From Promethearchaeota archaeon (GTDB taxonomy: Archaea; Asgardarchaeota; Lokiarchaeia; Sigyniarchaeales; SOKP01), in contig JAUVNS010000010.1 of NCBI GenBank assembly GCA_030599585.1, positions 32,001 to 96,000 on the forward strand: 64,000 nucleotides of DNA, given 5' to 3'. Positions within the stretch are counted from its first letter, which is position 1; every line of letters begins with the position of its first letter. The notes beneath the pieces are model-generated. The model saw only the letters and a list, made by a program, of their open reading frames with translations, had not been told where the DNA came from and ran no database searches. Of this stretch, positions 1-8,000 are shown in pieces. A program made the translations under genes and the position numbers.

Positions 1-775
1 CGAGGCAGTTATGAGAACAATATGTGCAAATATGCCACTTGAATTAATTATTAGAGAAAGAAGAGAGATGATTGATCATGTCATGAAAGATTTACACGAA
101 TTATCGGCAGATTGGGGTATTTTAATCGAAACATTCGAAATATTGGAAGTTATAATCGTTGAGGCCGAATTAAAAAAGAACATGGAAGCTGTTAAGCAGG
201 CAGTTGAGTATCAAAAAGCTAGAATTGCAAAAGCAGACGCAGAACGTGAATCAAAATTGCGAGAACTCGCAGTTCAGAACGAAACTGGTACTCAAGAGCA
301 ATTAGTTCAGAGAGAAATTGAACTTGGGAGGAAAGATAAAGAAATCGCAATTGCTGAGAAAGAACGCGAGCGTAAAAAGATTGAAGCCGATGGTGAACGG
401 CAAAGAGTTGTAATTGAAGCCGACGGTCAAGCTTATGCGATTAAGAAAAATTTAATTGCTCAAGCAGAAGGTGAGGCTGAAAGCATAAGACAACAAATGC
501 TTGCACAAGCGGAAGGATTCCAAGAACAAGTAGATGCCATGAGCAACGCCGATCAAAGGTTCCTGGCAGTTCAATTAACTAACATTTTACCTGAGATATT
601 TAAGCATTTAAGCCCTGATAAAATGTTCATTATGGGTAATGGAGACGAGGCGTTTAGCTCTCTTTCAAAAGCGATTTTGCCATTTCTGCAACTGTTGCCT
701 GAATACTCTGATAAGATAAAGAATTTCTTAGGAAACGGAGATTTGAAGTCAAAAGTTAAAGAATTAATAGTCTAG
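1..775 (+). CDS. SPFH/flotillin (band 7) family protein, 5'-truncated by window edge
   Basis: C-terminal SPFH motif (WGILIETFEILEV) followed by an AE/AEA-rich coiled coil typical of flotillins; the frame is open upstream of the ATG at 11. Confidence 0.8.
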   Translation, partial: EAVMRTICANMPLELIIRERREMIDHVMKDLHELSADWGILIETFEILEVIIVEAELKKNMEAVKQAVEYQKARIAKADAERESKLRELAVQNETGTQEQLVQREIELGRKDKEIAIAEKERERKKIEADGERQRVVIEADGQAYAIKKNLIAQAEGEAESIRQQMLAQAEGFQEQVDAMSNADQRFLAVQLTNILPEIFKHLSPDKMFIMGNGDEAFSSLSKAILPFLQLLPEYSDKIKNFLGNGDLKSKVKELIV

Positions 776-922
776 AAATAAGAGTAAATTATTTTTTTTT
801 CATTAAAATATTTTTTTTTATTATTGTTAAAGCTAAATAAAACCTTAAAAAAATAACTAAGAACAAGAATTAAATATAAAATTTTTGAAGATAGTTATAA
901 TTAGGAGTAAAGTGAATGAATT

Positions 923-1870
923 TTGAATGTAAAATTTGAAGATATAATCCAAAAGTTTGTAGAAGGTAATAAACAATATCAAGGGCAAATTTTACAAGAT
1001 GAGGAGTCTAATCAAATTGACGGTAAAATCCCTAGATATCCTGTTTTGATTCTCACTTGTATGGATCCAAGGATTGATGTATACCGAATATTTCAGCTAA
1101 AACTCGGAGATGCGTTTGTTTTAAGAAACGCTGGAAATGTCTATACTGAGGATGTTTTAAGATCTGTATTAGTTGCCATACATAAATATAACATTCAATA
1201 CATAGTAGTTCTAGGACATCTTGACTGCGGGATGAAAAAACTTCGTTTACAAGATCTGACGAATAAACTAACCGATTCTGCAATCAAAAAGATTGGAAAA
1301 TCTGGGACGAATTTTCATCTTGAGTTGCTGAAATTTTTCAAGGCTTTTACTGATGAAATTAAGAACATCGAGAATCAGGTTTATAAGTTTAGGAACGCAC
1401 GAGAGATTCCCACTGATATAAGAATCATGGGAATGCTATACGATCCCAATACAGGTTGGGTGTTCAGAAATGAAGAATTAAAAAGCTACTCAAATTATGA
1501 AGACTTTGCTAAGGATTATCGAAATATCTTACAAACTAAGAAATTTGAACTAATAGGTTATATCGAGAGTCACCAAGACGAAATTATTGGTGAAGGTGTC
1601 CTACAAGATGTAGAAAGGCTTATTGATATTGATGAAAATAGAAAAAATATACCACCTACAGAAATTACAAAAAATCAAGAATCTATTATCAACGAAAAGT
1701 TTGAAGAAATTCCGAATGAACCACCAATTATAAACAGTAATAAAATTGTCTCCAAGGGAGTTTACAGTGATTTAATTTCGATTCCAAAAATTAAAATTCC
1801 CAAAATATTCATACCAAAGATAAAAGTTCATGTTCCAGTTATATATAAGAAAAGCAAAGAGGACTTTTAA
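923..1870 (+). CDS. beta-class carbonic anhydrase with C-terminal extension
   Basis: Zn-binding motifs CMDPR, RNAGN and GHLDCG. Confidence 0.85.
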   Translation: MNVKFEDIIQKFVEGNKQYQGQILQDEESNQIDGKIPRYPVLILTCMDPRIDVYRIFQLKLGDAFVLRNAGNVYTEDVLRSVLVAIHKYNIQYIVVLGHLDCGMKKLRLQDLTNKLTDSAIKKIGKSGTNFHLELLKFFKAFTDEIKNIENQVYKFRNAREIPTDIRIMGMLYDPNTGWVFRNEELKSYSNYEDFAKDYRNILQTKKFELIGYIESHQDEIIGEGVLQDVERLIDIDENRKNIPPTEITKNQESIINEKFEEIPNEPPIINSNKIVSKGVYSDLISIPKIKIPKIFIPKIKVHVPVIYKKSKEDF

Positions 1871-2143
1871 CAAATCTTTTAACTTATAACTCTTAAGATT
1901 TTATGATTTCTTTAGCTTTATTAATAATATTTAAATATTTACAAACTAAGAAAAAAATCAAAATTGCTAATTATCTTATTCTTTTATAGGAACTAACAAG
2001 CCAAAATTTTTAATTTAGAATTAATCTCCAAAAACTAATTACTTTATTTTACAATTTCAATTCTATTGTTTTTATATTGAACTATTGAAAAGAAAAACTA
2101 AAAAAAAAAGATTTAAAAATTTAATCCAAATACTGAATAACAG

Positions 2144-2434
2144 CTATGTCTCTGGAACTTCAGTCAAATCTCCCCAAACTTCTATATTTCCCTCATAACC
2201 CTCAATTTTCCCATAGTTATTCAAGATAGTAGCCGCATCTGCTAGAGCTTCACCTACCTTTTCCCCGGTTACCTTAGTGAAGATCATTCCAACGATCCCT
2301 TTCTCAGAACCTGTATAAGCAAAAACAGTAGTTTCTCCAACAGAACCAGTCGGATTTTCAAGGCTTTGGAAAACTTTCGCAACTTCTTCTTGTTTATGCG
2401 AGGGATACCACCATCTCATAACAATATATACCAT
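2144..2434 (-). CDS. small hypothetical protein, paralog of 4271..4594
   Basis: SD GAGG upstream of ATG; shares (Y/F)PxxKxxEV and IEG(Y/F)xxxxEV motifs with 4271..4594. Confidence 0.7.
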   Translation of the reverse strand: MVYIVMRWWYPSHKQEEVAKVFQSLENPTGSVGETTVFAYTGSEKGIVGMIFTKVTGEKVGEALADAATILNNYGKIEGYEGNIEVWGDLTEVPET

Positions 2435-2627
2435 TTTAATAAACCTCTTTAATTTGAATTACACCAAAAATATTGACTTTGATGTAAATCATTATTGATG
2501 CTAATTAATATATAAATCTTTATTTTTTCAACTATTGTTGAAAATTGCAAACTCAAATTTTTTTATTTCTTATTAATTTCAGACTTTAACTTAGAAATGA
2601 GTAAGAAAATATTTAATTTAGAATTAA

Positions 2628-2635
2628 TTTATAAA
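2628..2635 (+). promoter_or_regulatory. putative TATA box of tRNA-Thr
   Basis: TTTATAAA about 33 nt upstream of the tRNA 5' end; weak because the background is AT-rich. Confidence 0.3.
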
Positions 2636-2667
2636 GTTAAAAATACGACAGAATTGGATTAAATTTT

Positions 2668-2791
2668 GCCTCCGTGGCTTAGGTCGGTAAAGCGTTGCCT
2701 TGGTATTCATATTAATGAACCAAACAGGCAAAGGCCGCGGGTTCAAAAGTGAGAAAATGTCTATTTTCCGCTGAAACTCCCGCCGGAGGCT
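2668..2791 (+). tRNA. tRNA-Thr(GGU) with two introns (37/38 at 2706-2725; 59/60 at 2748-2777)
   Basis: Acceptor GCCTCCG/CGGAGGC, D stem GCTT/AAGC, anticodon stem TTGCC/GGCAA with GGT at 2702-2704, T stem GCGGG/CCCGC; introns form BHB-like central helices TTGG/CCAA and TTCA/TGAA. Confidence 0.92.
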
Positions 2792-3880
2792 TAATTTTTT
2801 TCTTTTTTTTTAATCCAAGAACCATGGATTGGTATATTAATTCCCCATTTTGTGCAATATTTTTTTACTGTTTTACCAGATACACCAAATCTTTCTCCAA
2901 TTTTATATAAAGGCATAAGACTTGCCAATTCTTCAAGTTCTTGACTAGAGATTTTAAATTTTGTTCTATGTGATCCATTCCAAGCATTTTTTTTAATAGA
3001 TTCTATTCTCTCTTCTTCTGTCTTAAATCTATTTCTTTTTCTCGGAAGACTATCTTTATAATTATCTAACATCTCATTAAATAAGCAGGAACCTAATGCT
3101 AGCCTATAAGCAACACCATTGACTTCTCTTCCGTCTATTGGTCCTCCAGATCTAACAATTTCAATTTTATGGTTTATAAAAAATTTTTTATTTATTTGCT
3201 CAAGAAATATCTTACTTCCTGATGTTATTTTAGAAGTTTTTTGTGTGCCATCACCGTCAAAATAACCTAAAAGAAATGCTAATTTTAATTCTCTAGTCTT
3301 TAATTGAGGAAAATTAATGTTATTTGATTTTTCTTTACCAGGAATTAAACCATTACTAATTAGGGCTCTGATAATCTCTTTACAGCAAAAAGATATTCTG
3401 AACCTATTTTTTAAATTTTGTATATATTTTGGATTGACTCCAATATCTTTAATAAATCTGTCAATGATCCATAAATCTTTTATACCCGCATCAATACCAA
3501 CTCGATAAGGTACACCTTTATTAGTTTTAATAAATCCATCTGCAAAAAGAAATCCTAACCAGTATGCTTTATTCTTAGTATCAACTTTTTTGAAATAGTG
3601 TATGTCAATATTAGGATGATATTTAAAAATATTTTTAGATTCAATGTCTTCTTTTTTAAGTCTTAAATCATCCTTCGAAACATTTTCATTACATGGCTCA
3701 AAATCGTTTTCAAGGTTCATTTTGCTTAGAAAGGAGTCTTCATCACGAAGTATAATAATATTACTAATTAAATCACATTCTATATTATGGGGCGTTGGCT
3801 AATATTAGGATAATTTATCTAAAATATCTAGACACTCCGAATATTTTCAATAAATTGTTATGAGTTAAGCCCGGAGGCTT
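2783..3880. mobile_element. putative tRNA-targeted LAGLIDADG cassette bounded by 10-bp direct repeat CCGGAGGCTT
   Basis: CCGGAGGCTT at 2783-2792 (tRNA 3' end) recurs at 3871-3880; the only gene between the copies is a LAGLIDADG endonuclease. Confidence 0.6.
2791..3720 (-). CDS. two-motif LAGLIDADG homing endonuclease with C-terminal HTH
   Basis: YWLGFLFADG and FLLGYFDGDG motifs; C-terminal LYKIGERFGVSGKTVKKY helix-turn-helix. Confidence 0.88.
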   Translation of the reverse strand: MNLENDFEPCNENVSKDDLRLKKEDIESKNIFKYHPNIDIHYFKKVDTKNKAYWLGFLFADGFIKTNKGVPYRVGIDAGIKDLWIIDRFIKDIGVNPKYIQNLKNRFRISFCCKEIIRALISNGLIPGKEKSNNINFPQLKTRELKLAFLLGYFDGDGTQKTSKITSGSKIFLEQINKKFFINHKIEIVRSGGPIDGREVNGVAYRLALGSCLFNEMLDNYKDSLPRKRNRFKTEEERIESIKKNAWNGSHRTKFKISSQELEELASLMPLYKIGERFGVSGKTVKKYCTKWGINIPIHGSWIKKKEKN

Positions 3881-3968
3881 TCTTATTTCTTTTTACTTCT
3901 GATAAAACAAAAAACATAATAATAATTTTAAATTAGATTAATAGTTAATAATAAAATATATTTAATTT

Positions 3969-4106
3969 GCCGGTGTGGCTTAGCTGGTTATAAAACATTC
4001 GTATTAAATGTTTGTTTAATAAGCGCCAGACTCATAATCCTACTGAAAAAATGGGTCAGACTGGATGTAATCTGGAGGTTCGTGGGCTCATATCCCACCA
4101 CCGGCA
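3969..4106 (+). tRNA. tRNA-Met(CAU), elongator type, with a D-arm intron (~3991-4020) and an anticodon-loop intron (~4037-4069)
   Basis: Acceptor GCCGGTG/CACCGGC+A, anticodon stem CCAGA/TCTGG with CAT at 4033-4035, T stem GTGGG/CCCAC; hairpin-forming inserts in the D arm and anticodon loop; T loop atypical. Confidence 0.8.
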
Positions 4107-4270
4107 TTTTTTCTATTTTGAATCAAAATTTCAAATAAATTGTATTAAATTTCTTTAAAAAAAAAACCATTTTTTTTATTTGACAAATAAGTATAAATTT
4201 TTAAATGATTTTATCCTACTACTCATCACCTTTAAATCCAATTAAAAAATGTCAAATAGAGGTGAAAAGT

Positions 4271-4594
4271 ATGGTTTTAGTTTTAACTACCACACGGTTT
4301 CCCGTAAATAAGGGAAGAGAAGTTAGCGAAAGATATATTGCAGTAGAGAAAGAATTTCCTCCTGATAGATCTTTATCGAAGGTGATTTTACGATTAGCAG
4401 CTCGAATAGATGGAGATGAAATAGAAGGCATAGGATTATCAGAAGTCAAAGAAGGCAAGTACGAAGAATTTTTAAAACGGATGATGAAGATGACATTAAA
4501 GTATGCAGATATCGAAGGATTTTCATCTAAAAGCGAAGTCTTCCTATCAGGGGTAGATGCATTACCAATGGTAGGTCTTGAGATGCCAGAATAA
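4271..4594 (+). CDS. small hypothetical protein, paralog of 2144..2434 (start revised from 4205)
   Basis: SD GAGGTGA 5 nt before ATG 4271; motifs shared with 2144..2434. Confidence 0.7.
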   Translation: MVLVLTTTRFPVNKGREVSERYIAVEKEFPPDRSLSKVILRLAARIDGDEIEGIGLSEVKEGKYEEFLKRMMKMTLKYADIEGFSSKSEVFLSGVDALPMVGLEMPE

Positions 4595-4698
4595 CCTTAT
4601 TTTATTTAACTAGGGTAGAAATAATTTTAAACTACTTTTTTTTTATTTTAAACAAAACCTAAAATGTTTTTTAGCTCATTATCTTAAACTTAATTGTT

Positions 4699-6264
4699 AT
4701 GGAAAGATTTATATCAAAAAAAATTTCTTCCGATGAATTATCGATATTAGATAATAACTCAGAATGGTTAGGAATTCCAAAAAGCCATTTGATGGAATGT
4801 GCTGGGTATACATTTGCTACAGAAATTATGGCTCAAGGATTATTGAAGGAAAATTCAAAAGTAGCTATTTTTTGTGGAACAGGGAATAATGGTGGAGATG
4901 GTTTTGTAGTAGCTCGACATTTATCTTCCTACGGAGTGAAAACTTTAGTAATATTAGTTGGAACACCTGATAAAATAAGAACGGAAGAAGCTCAACTTAA
5001 TTGGGACATCATCTTTAGTAATCTAACCTACTCAATTCAGATAACCTTTATTAAAGATTCGACAGACGCAGAAGTCATCAAAAAGATTATAGAAAAGGAT
5101 TTAAGCTACTCTCTAATTGTAGATGCTTTATTAGGTACAGGAATAAAAGGCCAACTGAGGGAACCAATTTCTTCCACAATAGATACGATAAACAGTATTA
5201 GAGAAAAAGAAAAAGAGCGAATTAAAATTGCTTCAATAGATGTGCCTTCAGGAGTAGATCCAGATACTGGAAAAATTCCCGATAAAGCTGTCAATACCGA
5301 TTTAGTTATTACCTTCCACAGAATTAAAAAAGGATTGAAAAAAACAGGAAAATATCAAATAATCGAAAAATCTATTGGTATTCCCCCTGAAGCGAGCATA
5401 TTTGTCGGGAAAGGCGATTTGCTATCGAACTTAAAATTAAGAACCGCCGACACACATAAGGGAGAATTCGGTAGAGTTTTAGTAATTGGTGGTTCAAAGA
5501 ATTATTCCGGAGCCCCAGCGTACGCGTCCTTAGCATGCATTCATTTCGGGTGTGACTTGGTTATTAGCTATGTTCCGGAAGTTGTCGGAGATGTCATCCG
5601 TAGTTATTCACCGGACATGATTGTACGGACGAGCCCTGGAAAATGGTTATCAACAAAAGCTTTAGAAGAAATTCTATGGTTAATAGATTGGGCAAATGCA
5701 ATTATTATAGGTCCTGGCTTAGGAACAGATCCATCAACAGAAGAGCTTTTAGTAAAAATATTAGAAGGCAATAATATTGGTGAAAAATCTTTAGTTATCG
5801 ATGCTGATGCCTTAAAACTAGTTAAACCACACCTAGACTTGATTAAAGGAAAAAAAGTTATACTTACGCCTCACGAGGGAGAACTTAAAATTATTACAGA
5901 TTCCGATTTATCTCCCTTTGATAAAATAGAAAAAAGAGGAATAGAAGTTTTTAACATAGCAAAAAAGCTGGACGTTACCTTATTAGCTAAGGGACCGTTC
6001 GACTATATAAGCAACGGGATTATGCTTAAGATAAACAAAACTGGATGCCCTGAAATGTCAATCGGGGGCACAGGCGACGTACTTGCAGGCTTATGCGCCA
6101 GTTTTTTGACAACTGGAAGCAACCCATATCAGGCTGCTTATTCTGCCGCTTTCCTCAATGGATACTTAGGAGAATATTGCAAAAAAACAATCGGCCCTAG
6201 ATTTACGGCAATGGATATGATAAATAACATTAATAACGGAATTTTGAGTTTACAAAATTATTAA
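4699..6264 (+). CDS. nnr: bifunctional NAD(P)H-hydrate epimerase/dehydratase
   Basis: YjeF_N motifs LMECAG, GTGNNGGDG, DALLGTG, DVPSG; carbohydrate-kinase-like motifs HKG, GPGLG, DADAL, LTPHEGE, GGTGDVLAG. Confidence 0.95.
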   Translation: MERFISKKISSDELSILDNNSEWLGIPKSHLMECAGYTFATEIMAQGLLKENSKVAIFCGTGNNGGDGFVVARHLSSYGVKTLVILVGTPDKIRTEEAQLNWDIIFSNLTYSIQITFIKDSTDAEVIKKIIEKDLSYSLIVDALLGTGIKGQLREPISSTIDTINSIREKEKERIKIASIDVPSGVDPDTGKIPDKAVNTDLVITFHRIKKGLKKTGKYQIIEKSIGIPPEASIFVGKGDLLSNLKLRTADTHKGEFGRVLVIGGSKNYSGAPAYASLACIHFGCDLVISYVPEVVGDVIRSYSPDMIVRTSPGKWLSTKALEEILWLIDWANAIIIGPGLGTDPSTEELLVKILEGNNIGEKSLVIDADALKLVKPHLDLIKGKKVILTPHEGELKIITDSDLSPFDKIEKRGIEVFNIAKKLDVTLLAKGPFDYISNGIMLKINKTGCPEMSIGGTGDVLAGLCASFLTTGSNPYQAAYSAAFLNGYLGEYCKKTIGPRFTAMDMINNINNGILSLQNY

Positions 6265-6401
6265 AATTTCTTTGTCAAATGACAACTATATAAGGGTATA
6301 TACCTTGTTTTCTGCAAATTATTTTTTAATAAAAGTTTATTAACACCTAATTTATTATTATAGTATAAATTTATTGTCCTTATTACAACACAGAAAATTA
6401 G

Positions 6402-7265
6402 TTGGTTGAGAGTATATTGGGAACGCAAGTATTCAAGATATTACCAGATGGCAACACAGAAGAAATCAAAACAGAAGGTCCTATAAAAGATATTCTTAAA
6501 GGGGAAGAATGTTACATATTAGTCTCTGACGAGTACCGTAAAGTTTATTTGTGGAAGGGAGTTAACAGTAATGTAAGATCTAAATTTATTGGTGCTAAAA
6601 GGAGTCAAGACATACGTGGGCAAGTAGGCATGCACTTTGGCGTAGTACCCCTTGACGAAGGCGAGGAAGATCCTGACTTTTTAAAACTTATTGGTGGAAA
6701 AACCGAAGGTGGGATCGCTAAAGAGATTCAAATGGAAATTAGCACCGCAAAAGTAAGCGCACCATCTGTACATCCTTTGAGAGATAAAGATCCGTTCGGT
6801 GTACCAAAACCCGCAGCAGGTATGAACATTGCGGGCTCCAAGGATAGACGCTCTCAAAATAACGGTCCCTTGTATACTGGCAAAGAATCGTTCGCAGCAT
6901 TATCTCAAGAAGAAACTCACGTCAATTTTGACGAAATAATGCAAAAACTAGAAGAAATTAAAATTCCAGATGGGTTCGAAAGAGAATTGATTATTATTGG
7001 GGACCACGCCTATTCTGTTGTTGAAAAAGTTCAAAATTTTTTAGGGAAAAAACAAGTCTCCAAAGAAATTTCCAAGGTTGGAGCTATCCCAGAAGGAGTC
7101 TTTTTTGCCGAGGAATATTGTCCTAGAATTTTATCAGAAAATGGTAAGATTTTAGCAATAGAATTTCTTAAACGGACAAGTGGTCCAATAGACGCAAAGG
7201 TAGAGTTCAAATCTAAGAAAGAAATCTTAAAAGATCAGATTAAAACTCAGTTAGAATATAAATAA
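6402..7265 (+). CDS. gelsolin-domain protein with additional C-terminal domain
   Basis: ECYILV...VYLWKG..S...KF.GA.......EGEEDPDFLKL matches the gelsolin repeat consensus. Confidence 0.8.
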   Translation: MVESILGTQVFKILPDGNTEEIKTEGPIKDILKGEECYILVSDEYRKVYLWKGVNSNVRSKFIGAKRSQDIRGQVGMHFGVVPLDEGEEDPDFLKLIGGKTEGGIAKEIQMEISTAKVSAPSVHPLRDKDPFGVPKPAAGMNIAGSKDRRSQNNGPLYTGKESFAALSQEETHVNFDEIMQKLEEIKIPDGFERELIIIGDHAYSVVEKVQNFLGKKQVSKEISKVGAIPEGVFFAEEYCPRILSENGKILAIEFLKRTSGPIDAKVEFKSKKEILKDQIKTQLEYK

Positions 7266-7370
7266 TCTATATATTTCTACCTATTTCATTCAATTGCTAT
7301 TTTTATTAAAATTCTTAAATAAAATTAACTATTAAGAATTATCTTCTGAATTAGTCGCTTGTTTTAAATA

Positions 7371-7432
7371 AAACGATCATTCTAAAAATATGGTATCTTA
7401 AACGATCATTCTAAATATGGAAAATCTTAAAC
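7371..7432. repeat. imperfect 29-bp tandem direct repeat (core AAACGATCATTCTAAA x2)
   Basis: 16-bp core identical at 7371-7386 and 7400-7415. Confidence 0.8.
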
Positions 7433-7546
7433 TTTAAATCGATTTAACCTAATATTTTTATAATATAAATATTTAAGTCCAAAAATTATATTTTATATTA
7501 ATAAATGAAGAATTAACACCTCAATCAAAAGCCAGAGATTATTTAA

Positions 7547-7936
7547 ATGAGCGATTTAACTCAAGACCAAGCCCATAGTCTTTCTAAATTTCTTGGAAAT
7601 ATTACAGAACACACCGAATTAGAAGCACTTGCATTAGTTACGAACGAAGGTCTACGACTTGCTTTTTCATGTATACCGGATTACGATGTAGACCCCGATT
7701 TATTTTCAAGTTTAAGCGCTGTAGTAATGCAGAGTGGGCATGATGCGATCGATTCTTTAGGATATAACAATTTATTAGAAGTGGTTTTAAGGGGAAGTAA
7801 TGCCTTTATTATCTTAAGTGGAGCTGGAAGATTCTTTTTAATGGGTGCTAGTAGAAAGATCGAAGATTTGGGCAAAATTGTTACCGTTTTTCGCTATTAC
7901 GCTGGCGAAATCGGAAGTAGGTATCCAATTCAATAG
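7547..7936 (+). CDS. Roadblock/LC7 domain protein
   Basis: ALALVTNEGL...DPDLFSSLSA...LLEVVLRGSNAFIIL...LGKI pattern; 129 aa. Confidence 0.85.
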   Translation: MSDLTQDQAHSLSKFLGNITEHTELEALALVTNEGLRLAFSCIPDYDVDPDLFSSLSAVVMQSGHDAIDSLGYNNLLEVVLRGSNAFIILSGAGRFFLMGASRKIEDLGKIVTVFRYYAGEIGSRYPIQ

Positions 7937-8000
7937 TTTCTGAGCAGATTTTTCAAAAATTATATTTATTACGATAAAAACATATTGATAATGATTATTT

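Noticed and set aside
2791-3720. LAGLIDADG gene as intron- or intein-encoded
   Set aside because: Antisense to and outside the complete tRNA; no Hint motifs or host exteins seen
3969-4106. Initiator tRNA-Met
   Set aside because: G1-C72 rather than A1-U72, and no three consecutive G-C pairs in the anticodon stem; Ile2 not fully excluded
4205-4270. Longer start for the 4271 gene
   Set aside because: The SD and paralog alignment support ATG 4271
7371-7432. Mini-CRISPR
   Set aside because: Only two short cores with 13-nt, mutually similar intervening sequences
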